Shown piece after piece: positions 36,194 to 42,895 of a DNA stretch of 42,895 nucleotides. Every line of letters begins with the position of its first letter. The stretch's first letter is position 1. The translations under genes and the position numbers were made by a program. Source of the DNA: an uncultured Candidatus Saccharibacteria bacterium (GTDB taxonomy: Bacteria; Patescibacteriota; Minisyncoccia; GWC2-36-17; WO2-46-25); the NCBI GenBank assembly GCA_964359755.1, contig CAYHUB010000001.1:105797-148691 (forward strand). Reading direction: 5' to 3'. Under the pieces are notes generated by a model. That model was not told the origin of the DNA. It saw only the letters and a program-made list of their open reading frames with translations, and did no database searches.

Positions 36194-37354
36194 CTATAGT
36201 TTTATGTTAAGCGTTCTTGCCCAGAGATCCACAACGTACTGCGTATGCCGCGGTGCGCAACCGACATATAACCTTTTTGGGTACAAAAATATCATTTTTT
36301 GTGCCACTGTCATCATTTCAAAGTACGGATGCAATTCGGCGTCATTGCGCGCAAGCTCATCAAGGGCTGATCCGTCTTTTTGCGCACACATGAAAAGTTC
36401 GTTCGTTTTTTCGTGCGCATGAGGATGGCCAAGCGCAGTAAGCATAACGCACAATGCGTTTTGCGCGATGGAATGTCGGTGTACATCCAGATTCTCCGAG
36501 ATCTTGACCCGATCCAACTTCACGCGCTTCATCGCACGACGAAGCTTGCGCGCCATATACGTGACCATGTTAATACATGTCTGATACGCTCCGTGATCTA
36601 AACGGACCGCTACGAGGTGTTCCGCAATCGTTCTTCGCAGTCCCGCAATGAAATGAAAGGATTCTCCGTATTGTCCTTCCATTTTGTCAATAAGCTCGCC
36701 GACCTCCGGACGTTGAAGATGTTCCATGGTACGGGCGATATCAGACATTACATCCGCAATAAACATAATCTCATGCATGAGGCGAACGAGAGACTCGGAC
36801 GGTGCGTCTTGTGGCGAGCAATGCGCTGGCTTGAGATGCACCCGATCAAGAACCATGCGCTCGAACGTTTCAGGCGATGAGTGAAACAGCGATGAGGCGT
36901 TGTATGCTCCGGTTGGTCCCGAAAGCTTCCCTTGAAGCTCTATGAGGCGTCGTTCCAGCTCCACAATGCAGTCGCCTATGCGACCGACATAGTTTGCCAT
37001 AACAAACCCGAATGTGATCGGATCGTGATTGCGATGGCGATCATACGAAACCTGAACCGTTTCCGCTTCTTTGAGCGCGAGCCGCATCAGCACTTCCGTA
37101 AGCGCCCGCAATTCAGGGATAACTACCCTGCGCAGTGCATCGCGACAGCAAAGTGTCTGCACGATGTTCGCTACATCGTCATGCAGTGTGGCGCCTATGA
37201 ATCGCTCCGCACTATCCCCGCTTATGTCTTTGCGAAGCACGCTCTTCATTACTTTTTCTACCTCTTCGCGTTTCTGCAAAAGCGCTGGCTCGGAAAAACA
37301 GTCTTCAACCTCCTTGATATACCGCGAACCTCCCACTTCCCGTTGTGTCTTCAT
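36194..37354 (-). CDS. Adenylosuccinate-lyase-fold (fumarase/aspartase superfamily) homologue lacking the catalytic signature
   Basis: Start set at MKTQREV (RBS AAAAAGGAGGGAAC). Collinear with PurB: DRHRNHDPITFGFVMANY vs GRTHGQHAEPTTFG; GKLSGPTGAYN vs GKISGAVGTY; EHLQRPEVGEL vs RHLQRTEVREV. The GSSAMPHKRNP loop is replaced by GESFHFIAGLR. Confidence 0.6.
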   Translation of the reverse strand: MKTQREVGGSRYIKEVEDCFSEPALLQKREEVEKVMKSVLRKDISGDSAERFIGATLHDDVANIVQTLCCRDALRRVVIPELRALTEVLMRLALKEAETVQVSYDRHRNHDPITFGFVMANYVGRIGDCIVELERRLIELQGKLSGPTGAYNASSLFHSSPETFERMVLDRVHLKPAHCSPQDAPSESLVRLMHEIMFIADVMSDIARTMEHLQRPEVGELIDKMEGQYGESFHFIAGLRRTIAEHLVAVRLDHGAYQTCINMVTYMARKLRRAMKRVKLDRVKISENLDVHRHSIAQNALCVMLTALGHPHAHEKTNELFMCAQKDGSALDELARNDAELHPYFEMMTVAQKMIFLYPKRLYVGCAPRHTQYVVDLWARTLNIKL

Positions 37355-37442
37355 GTTCCCTCCTTTTTGGGTTTTGTATTTTGTATATATTGTTGTAAAT
37401 GTACATATATGCCGAAAAAACGACATGTGTTTATTTCGTACT

Positions 37443-37488
37443 ACAATAGGCAATTACCTATGCAAAGTCAATATGTGAACCTATGCAA
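37443..37488 (-). promoter_or_regulatory. Candidate promoter overlapped by a repeated motif (possible operator)
   Basis: The minus strand reads TTGACT-17 nt-TATTGT. The 10-nt direct repeat TTGCATAGGT (plus strand acctatgcaa) occurs at 37456-37465 and 37479-37488. An inverted repeat ATAGG-N6-CCTAT lies at 37446-37461. Confidence 0.3.
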
Positions 37489-38662
37489 TAATCCCTCCTC
37501 CGACCACCCTGCTTCCAAGGTAAAATACAATAGATTGCCCGGGCGCCACCGCGCGCTGAGGAGCATCAAAAACCGCCTTGAAACTTTTGACTTTTGACTT
37601 CTGGTTTTTGACTTTAAAAAGCCTTGTTTTTTGGATCGGCTGTCGATACCGGATCCTCGCAGAACAACGAAGCGGTAGCGCCGGAGCTTTGCCTGAGATC
37701 CAACTGAGCTGTGTTGCCGTAAGCTCTCTTTTGTACAACTCCGCATCATTCACCCCCTCGCCAACATATAAAATATTCTTTTTGATATCCTTTCCCGTTA
37801 CATAATACGGCGTACCGCCCGCCCCTTTGGGGCGAGGCTCGCCTTTTGGGCGGCCGCCTTTAACGCCGATGCCGTGCCGCTGGCCGATCGTATAAAACAT
37901 CGCTCCTTCATGTTCGCCGACTATGTTACCGCCTGTCGTGATGATCTTTCCTTTCTTCGGCTTGATCATACTTTTCAAAAAATCGTGCACATTTACCTCG
38001 CCGACAAAGCATAGGCCCTGACTGTCCTTTTTCTCCGCCGTCGGCAAACCGAGCTCGTGCGCCATTGCCCGAACTTCTTCCTTTGTATAATCACCTATCG
38101 GCATAAGCGTGCGCGAAAGCTGTTTTTGCGTGAGCGTCCATAAAAAATAGCTTTGATCTTTATGTATATCTTTCCCCGCCAGCAATTCGTACGTTTTTAG
38201 TTTTTTGTTTTTAGTTTTTTGTTCGCGAACACGCGCGTGATGACCCGTCGCCACAAAATCCGCTCCAAGTTTCCGCGCTTTCTCAAAAAACACACCGAAC
38301 TTTATTTCTTTATTGCACATCACATCGGGGTTTGGCGTAATACCCGAACGATAACTTTTCACCATATACTCCACCACTTTTTTCCGATATTCTTTCTCAA
38401 AATCAAACGTATAAAAAGGAATGCCTATCTGCGCCGCGACGCGACGCGCATCTTCCTGGTCCGTCACCCACGGACACATCGTTTTGTCCTTGAAAAAACG
38501 GTTGTCAGACCAGCCCTTAATAAACACGCCCACCACATCATATCCTTTCTTTTTCAGCAATGCCGCGGCTACGGAGCTATCAACGCCGCCCGACATACCG
38601 ACGAAGACCTTTCTTTTAAGAGGGGTATTTGTTTGTTTATGCTTATTCCAAATTCTCGTCAT
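37481..38662 (-). CDS. mnmA: tRNA-specific 2-thiouridylase MnmA
   Basis: PP-loop VFVGMSGGVDSSVAAALL. CNKEIKFG, ATGHHAR and KDQSYFLW are also present. Confidence 0.92.
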   Translation of the reverse strand: MTRIWNKHKQTNTPLKRKVFVGMSGGVDSSVAAALLKKKGYDVVGVFIKGWSDNRFFKDKTMCPWVTDQEDARRVAAQIGIPFYTFDFEKEYRKKVVEYMVKSYRSGITPNPDVMCNKEIKFGVFFEKARKLGADFVATGHHARVREQKTKNKKLKTYELLAGKDIHKDQSYFLWTLTQKQLSRTLMPIGDYTKEEVRAMAHELGLPTAEKKDSQGLCFVGEVNVHDFLKSMIKPKKGKIITTGGNIVGEHEGAMFYTIGQRHGIGVKGGRPKGEPRPKGAGGTPYYVTGKDIKKNILYVGEGVNDAELYKRELTATQLSWISGKAPALPLRCSARIRYRQPIQKTRLFKVKNQKSKVKSFKAVFDAPQRAVAPGQSIVFYLGSRVVGGGIIA

Positions 38663-38674
38663 ATTCGTTTCGTC

Positions 38675-39151
38675 TTAATTTAGCATCCGGATTGAGTAAT
38701 TCAAGTATCCGGCAAAGCTGACCCAAAGAACGTAGGGTACAAGAAGCCATGCGGCCGGTTTGGAAATTTTTGCAAAGGTAATGATCGTGGCGAGAATGGC
38801 GAGCCAGAGGAATACGATCTCGGTAAGCGCACCACCGGGACTATGCAGACCGAAAAAGATAATTGACCAAATGGTATTGAGCGCCAGCTGGCCGATAAAT
38901 ATGCCAAGGGCGATTTTTACATCTCTGCGATCCAGCCCTTTCTTCCAGACGAGAAAGGCCGCGATGCCCATCAGTGCAAACAACGTCGTCCAAACCGGTC
39001 CGAATACCCATGCCGGAGGATTAAGAGCCGGTTTGACGATCCCTGCATACCAACCGGCAATGGATGGCGTGGTAAACACCGAACCGATGATCCCAGCAAG
39101 CTCGGAAACCACGATAGCGACGATTAGTTTGAATGTGTTGTTGATTTTCAT
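38675..39151 (-). CDS. tspO: TspO/MBR-family tryptophan-rich membrane protein
   Basis: WYAGIVKPALNPPAWVFGPVWTTLFALMGIAAFLVW and LNTIWSIIFFGLH. Five TM helices. Confidence 0.88.
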   Translation of the reverse strand: MKINNTFKLIVAIVVSELAGIIGSVFTTPSIAGWYAGIVKPALNPPAWVFGPVWTTLFALMGIAAFLVWKKGLDRRDVKIALGIFIGQLALNTIWSIIFFGLHSPGGALTEIVFLWLAILATIITFAKISKPAAWLLVPYVLWVSFAGYLNYSIRMLN

Positions 39152-39153
39152 AA

Positions 39154-39501
39154 TTATTTTTTAGTTTTATTGTGATGCTCTAATAATTTCTCGGCCGGGG
39201 AGATGCCGCCGATAATTTTGTGCGGAAAGTAATTCCACGCATCGGTTACCAGCTCAAGAACACTGCTTAATTCCGAAGCGTCTCCGCCGCGACCTGCCCC
39301 GTAGTGAACGCTTTGCGTTCTACTACTGGGGTCAAACATAGCCACGACTTTCATCATGTCGTCGTTATCTTCTTCGTTATAAATGGCATCCCGAACGTGA
39401 TCCAGCGTAAAATCGCTCTCGGTTTCTTTAAGCATATCCATGAGTTCCTGCTCGATCTCTTTCCGCCGTTCCAAAATTTGTTGCCTTGATTCGATTTGCA
39501 T
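39154..39501 (-). CDS. Hypothetical acidic protein (115 aa), translationally adjacent to the OLD nuclease gene
   Basis: The ORF starts 6 nt after the OLD stop and ends 2 nt before the tspO start. It has an acidic N-half (NEEDNDDMM). The C-terminus is TDAWNYFPHKIIGGISPAEKLL. No family recognised. Confidence 0.5.
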   Translation of the reverse strand: MQIESRQQILERRKEIEQELMDMLKETESDFTLDHVRDAIYNEEDNDDMMKVVAMFDPSSRTQSVHYGAGRGGDASELSSVLELVTDAWNYFPHKIIGGISPAEKLLEHHNKTKK

Positions 39502-39507
39502 AAAAAA

Positions 39508-41226
39508 TCAGCTTTCGATAAAGGTTTTCAAGCTGGCTAGAGTGTCCTTTATTTCTTGATCGAGAGAACCTATGCCAGTCACCTCATCAATTATCTTTAC
39601 CAACTTTTGAAACTTTCCCTCTCCTGTTATGCCAAGCTTTACCTCAAAACTTGTTGAAAACTTTGCTATCTTTCCAGTTTGGGCGTTGCTTTCGATTGCA
39701 GAGTTTTCCGTTTCGGGTTCGTCATCCTCGGCCTTGTCTTGGTCAAATAGAGTAAAATAATCAACGCCAAACACCTTACAGATCATCTGATAGTTTTTGA
39801 TTTTCGTTTTACCCCACGCCGTAATTATTGAAACAGAAAACTCCTCAATATCACAACCAGAAAGTTCCAAAAGTTTTGGCAGGGCGTACTTTTCGGAAGG
39901 CCCCTCGACCAAAACGCACTTTTTCGTAAAGAATAGCTCCAAGTTTTCTCGCAAAATCGTGCTGATATGAAGATTCCTGCTCGCATAGTCATCAAGGTAT
40001 TCTGCGGGCGTTCCTGTTTCTCCGTCTGTGGCCTGTATTTGCTCCCCTCCGCTTGGTTTTGGGAATATCTGCGAGTCCTTAATCAATCTAATTTGTCGCC
40101 AGTTTTTGAGAGAAATAAAGTTTTCAGATTGGGTGGAATAGACGATTTGCAAATTTGTCTGCTTCGTAAAAACATCGTACATTTTCTTTTGCCAATCACT
40201 GTGCAAATGAAGCTCCGGCTCATCAACGATCAAAACAATAGGAATTTTTTCAAGCTCTGCGACATAGGCAAAAAGTGCGTACGCAATCAGGATATTAAAA
40301 CCCGAACCTAGATTGTCCGGCAAAAGTAGTTTGTCGCCTTCTTTCTTTGCTACAAATGCTGATTTATAGGGCTGATCAATATCAATAAAATCAATCTGAA
40401 AATCTTTATCATCTGAACAAATTGATTTTACTTTTTCGTTAATACCTCGTATCAGCGCGCCTTTCTCGTCAACAATACTTCGCAAAGAACCGGCAAGCGT
40501 GTCATATTCGCCTTGTATTGTCGCGCCATCGCCAGCCGTGTGCTTCTTTTTATATTTCCAATGCAAATCGGTTAGGATTTTTGATATGAGCGAATAGTTG
40601 CCGGAAACATCATCATCCCTATCTTTCGTGAGATAGTACGCTTTTGGACAATTCGTGAGACGACTTGGATTATAGGTAAGTTGGTAGCCGATAACTTTTG
40701 CGTCTCGTTCTTGTCCGTCCTTGAGTTTATAAAAAACAGTATATCCCTCTTTGATTTGGTTAATCCGGCTCGCTTTGCGGGCCTTTTCTTCCGCCTTAAA
40801 AAAACCCTCGTCTATATCACCGACAACTGGTACGACATATTTGTTGATGATAAAGGGATCATCCAAAACTTTTTCCGGCTTTTCGCGTCGCTTGATTGTC
40901 AGGCGGATTTTATTGCACGGAATAATAATCGTTTCAAGCTGATTTGTACTCGAACGCACATCAAGTGTTATAAAAAATGGCGACTCGGTTTCGCCCTCTA
41001 TAGAAATCTCATCTTTAATTTCCTTTGCCTCGTTATGAAAATCTTTTTCGCTAATTCGTGTCGGCAGATAATCATGCCCGATAAGAAAGTTCAATGCTTC
41101 CAAAATGGAAGTTTTACCGCTCCCATTTCTGCCGATGAAAGCAGTTAGTCCTTTGTTAAGATCGGCAGTTATTCCGTCTTTATTAAAACATCGGAAATTT
41201 TTGATTGTAAGCGATTTGATAAACAT
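39508..41226 (-). CDS. OLD-family nuclease (ABC-type ATPase plus C-terminal TOPRIM)
   Basis: IKNFRCF...AFIGRNGSGKTSILEAL (Walker A). LGSGFN signature-like motif. VLIVDEPELHLH (Walker B/D-loop). TOPRIM is CVLVEGPSEKYALP...YFTLFDQDK (E...DxD). Confidence 0.8.
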   Translation of the reverse strand: MFIKSLTIKNFRCFNKDGITADLNKGLTAFIGRNGSGKTSILEALNFLIGHDYLPTRISEKDFHNEAKEIKDEISIEGETESPFFITLDVRSSTNQLETIIIPCNKIRLTIKRREKPEKVLDDPFIINKYVVPVVGDIDEGFFKAEEKARKASRINQIKEGYTVFYKLKDGQERDAKVIGYQLTYNPSRLTNCPKAYYLTKDRDDDVSGNYSLISKILTDLHWKYKKKHTAGDGATIQGEYDTLAGSLRSIVDEKGALIRGINEKVKSICSDDKDFQIDFIDIDQPYKSAFVAKKEGDKLLLPDNLGSGFNILIAYALFAYVAELEKIPIVLIVDEPELHLHSDWQKKMYDVFTKQTNLQIVYSTQSENFISLKNWRQIRLIKDSQIFPKPSGGEQIQATDGETGTPAEYLDDYASRNLHISTILRENLELFFTKKCVLVEGPSEKYALPKLLELSGCDIEEFSVSIITAWGKTKIKNYQMICKVFGVDYFTLFDQDKAEDDEPETENSAIESNAQTGKIAKFSTSFEVKLGITGEGKFQKLVKIIDEVTGIGSLDQEIKDTLASLKTFIES

Positions 41227-41231
41227 AAATT

Positions 41232-42895
41232 TTATATCGCATTCAATACGGCGGCGATTTTTTGCTCCATTATTCCAATCATTTTTTTGTTGGCTTCAAC
41301 GATTCTCTGTTCTTCCTCAATTTTCGCCACGATTTGCTTTTGGATTTCGAGGGACGGGAGCGGAATATCAAAATCGGAAACTTGGGTCAGTGAAATGTTG
41401 TATTGAGCGACGCCAATCTTTAAGCCGTCAATTTTGTCAAAAATTAAATTGGATCGTAAAACTTGCTCAAGATATTTCGAATCCAAAACCTTTTTGGGGG
41501 TAATTATCGCGAGTGCTTGGTTAGTATTTGCAGGTAAAATGTCATCTTGAACTAATGCGACCCTGCCGAGCGCGCCAGCGATTGAAAATAAAACATCGCC
41601 AGATTTTAGTTGCGATCTTTTAAATACCTTATTACATTCTTCGTTGATGTGAGCAAATTTGTCTTTTAAAAAATATCCAGCATCATCAATCGCTTCAATC
41701 TTAACAAAGTTGATGCCTGTTTCCTGAAAAGCAAAACCCGCAGTTGTTGGCGTTGTACCTTTTGTTACTCTTTCTGATATTTCGCCCAGTTTTTTAATTT
41801 CCCAGTTTGGATCAACGATAAGGCTTGGCTTCCAGTTTTCAACGACCACCAGTGCACCGTCAATAACTTTTTGATAATTTTCCAGTTCGGCGACAATTTG
41901 CTTTTGAATTTCAAGAGGAGGGAGGGGTAGTTCAAAATCTTGTAACATTCCTAATTTTATATAGGGCATGGTATTGCCCAGTTTTTGTTTCGAGACAGTT
42001 TCTTTTAACGAATTTTTCAGAATAAAAAATAAGTATTTTGCTGTAATTTTTTTGAAATCAAACAATACATAAGTTCGCTGATATGCCTCAAATTTACCGT
42101 TGTAATAATTAACAGCCCCAACATCGCCATTTCCCGCAATCAATAACGCTTCTGTATCAAAAGAAAATTCGTCACTAAAAGTATGTTCTTTTGCACAAGT
42201 GAAAAATGGATATTTCCCATTCGGATTCCCTTGGTTCACGTCTTTTTTCCCTGTTTTTATTTCACAAACTGTTTGTAATTTTACTTGAGGCCATTTTTGA
42301 TTCCCTGTTTTTATTTTTTCCGCATAAGTTCCGCTATTTAAGCTCAGAAGTTTATCACCCAAAATCTTTGTCTTCGCTACGGTATAGTATTTTGATTCTT
42401 CAAATACCTTCTGTTTGTTATTCTGCAAAACTTCTTTATATTCTTTAATAAATTTTATAGCTTCCGGTAAATCGTTTTTATCAATTGGTGCGGGGGTAGT
42501 GTTGAGAGAAAATCCATGATTTTCTATTTTATAGAAAAGTATATTTTCCGGCTTTAGAGTTTTATCTAAAAATATAACGCTGGTTCTTACTCCAGAATAT
42601 GGCTGAAAAACTTGAGACGGCAAAGACACTACGCACCAAAGGCCGTTGTCCAAGAATAATTTGCGGATTGCTTGATGTCCCTTGCTTCCGTCAAAAATAA
42701 TTCCTTCCGGCACTATTACGCCCATCCGCCCATTGAAATTGAGATGATATACCATCCACTCGCAAAACAACACTTCGGTTTTGTTGGAAGTAATGGCAAA
42801 ACGGGAATGTCGGCGCGCTCCGCCTTTTGGTGTAATAAATGGCGGATTGGCAACGATAATATCAAACGAATGTTGCCAAAGGTTTTCATTGAGAA
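41232..42895 (-). CDS. N6-adenine DNA methyltransferase fused to a complete two-TRD HsdS-like specificity module; 5' end beyond the right edge
   Basis: The frame stays open upstream of the ORF-track start. I read ...FDIIVANPPFITPKGG... (motif IV NPPF at 42837-42848). Next come GRMGVIVPEGIIF and SLPSQVFQPYSGVRTSVIFLDK (MTase C-terminal motifs). Two TRDs follow, each ending in a conserved helix: LPLPPLEIQKQIVAELENYQKVID and IPLPSLEIQKQIVAKIEEEQRIVE. Confidence 0.8.
   Translation of the reverse strand, partial: LNENLWQHSFDIIVANPPFITPKGGARRHSRFAITSNKTEVLFCEWMVYHLNFNGRMGVIVPEGIIFDGSKGHQAIRKLFLDNGLWCVVSLPSQVFQPYSGVRTSVIFLDKTLKPENILFYKIENHGFSLNTTPAPIDKNDLPEAIKFIKEYKEVLQNNKQKVFEESKYYTVAKTKILGDKLLSLNSGTYAEKIKTGNQKWPQVKLQTVCEIKTGKKDVNQGNPNGKYPFFTCAKEHTFSDEFSFDTEALLIAGNGDVGAVNYYNGKFEAYQRTYVLFDFKKITAKYLFFILKNSLKETVSKQKLGNTMPYIKLGMLQDFELPLPPLEIQKQIVAELENYQKVIDGALVVVENWKPSLIVDPNWEIKKLGEISERVTKGTTPTTAGFAFQETGINFVKIEAIDDAGYFLKDKFAHINEECNKVFKRSQLKSGDVLFSIAGALGRVALVQDDILPANTNQALAIITPKKVLDSKYLEQVLRSNLIFDKIDGLKIGVAQYNISLTQVSDFDIPLPSLEIQKQIVAKIEEEQRIVEANKKMIGIMEQKIAAVLNAI

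Noticed and set aside
38193-38220. Perfect 14-nt tandem duplication (gtttttagtttttt x2) inside mnmA, and TTTTGACTT triplets at ~37590-37620
   Set aside because: The reading frame is intact through both. They encode lysine-rich loops (QKTKNKKLKT, KNQKSKVKSFK). They most likely reflect low-complexity coding sequence and, at most, a potential slippage site.
41290-41960. Repeated ~50-nt segments (LEIQKQIVA-coding) that could suggest a repeat array
   Set aside because: These are the two conserved helical regions of an HsdS-like module. There are only two copies, they are in frame and they are diverged at the DNA level. This is not a CRISPR array.
1-42895. Alternative genetic code (UGA recoding as in some CPR lineages)
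   Set aside because: TGA terminates several well-defined genes at the expected protein ends (rpmE at 19588-19590, tagA-like at 4134-4136, OLD at 39508-39510). Conserved proteins contain no in-frame TGA.

Overview
This 42.9-kb window is densely coding, with about 50 genes, mostly on the minus strand. No rRNA, CRISPR array, transposase or integrase is visible. TGA acts as a stop codon (rpmE, the tagA-like gene, the OLD gene), so the standard bacterial code applies.

The gene content looks like a genome-reduced, uncultivated bacterium, probably Patescibacteria/CPR-like. That placement is inference. It rests on compact housekeeping genes, r-proteins with charged extensions, a short AlaRS, a motif-degenerate PriA, a PEGA-domain protein and many envelope genes.

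From left to right the window holds:
- a cell-envelope operon: tagA-like GT, a giant amidase/SpoIID hydrolase, a GT2 and a GT4
- priA-def-fmt
- a B12-radical SAM enzyme and a sugar epimerase
- a DedA-PAP2-LssY fusion and malic enzyme
- a lower-GC alpha/beta hydrolase beside a tRNA-Ser(GGA) locus littered with tRNA fragments
- lemA-htpX, then rpmE-prfA
- a coiled-coil lytic transglycosylase, L25 and a 2-hydroxyacid dehydrogenase
- a frameshifted NhaD-type transporter and a PEGA protein
- the infA-rpmJ-rpsM-rpsK-rpsD-rpoA-rplQ-rplM-rpsI cluster
- an FtsA-like/membrane-protein pair and alaS
- a lyase-fold pseudoenzyme unit, then mnmA and tspO
- at the right edge, a markedly AT-rich module: a methyltransferase-specificity fusion, an OLD-family ATPase/TOPRIM nuclease and a small acidic protein

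The right-edge module is the best candidate for a non-canonical, restriction-like defence system. All family assignments come from reading motifs in the translations. No database search was run.
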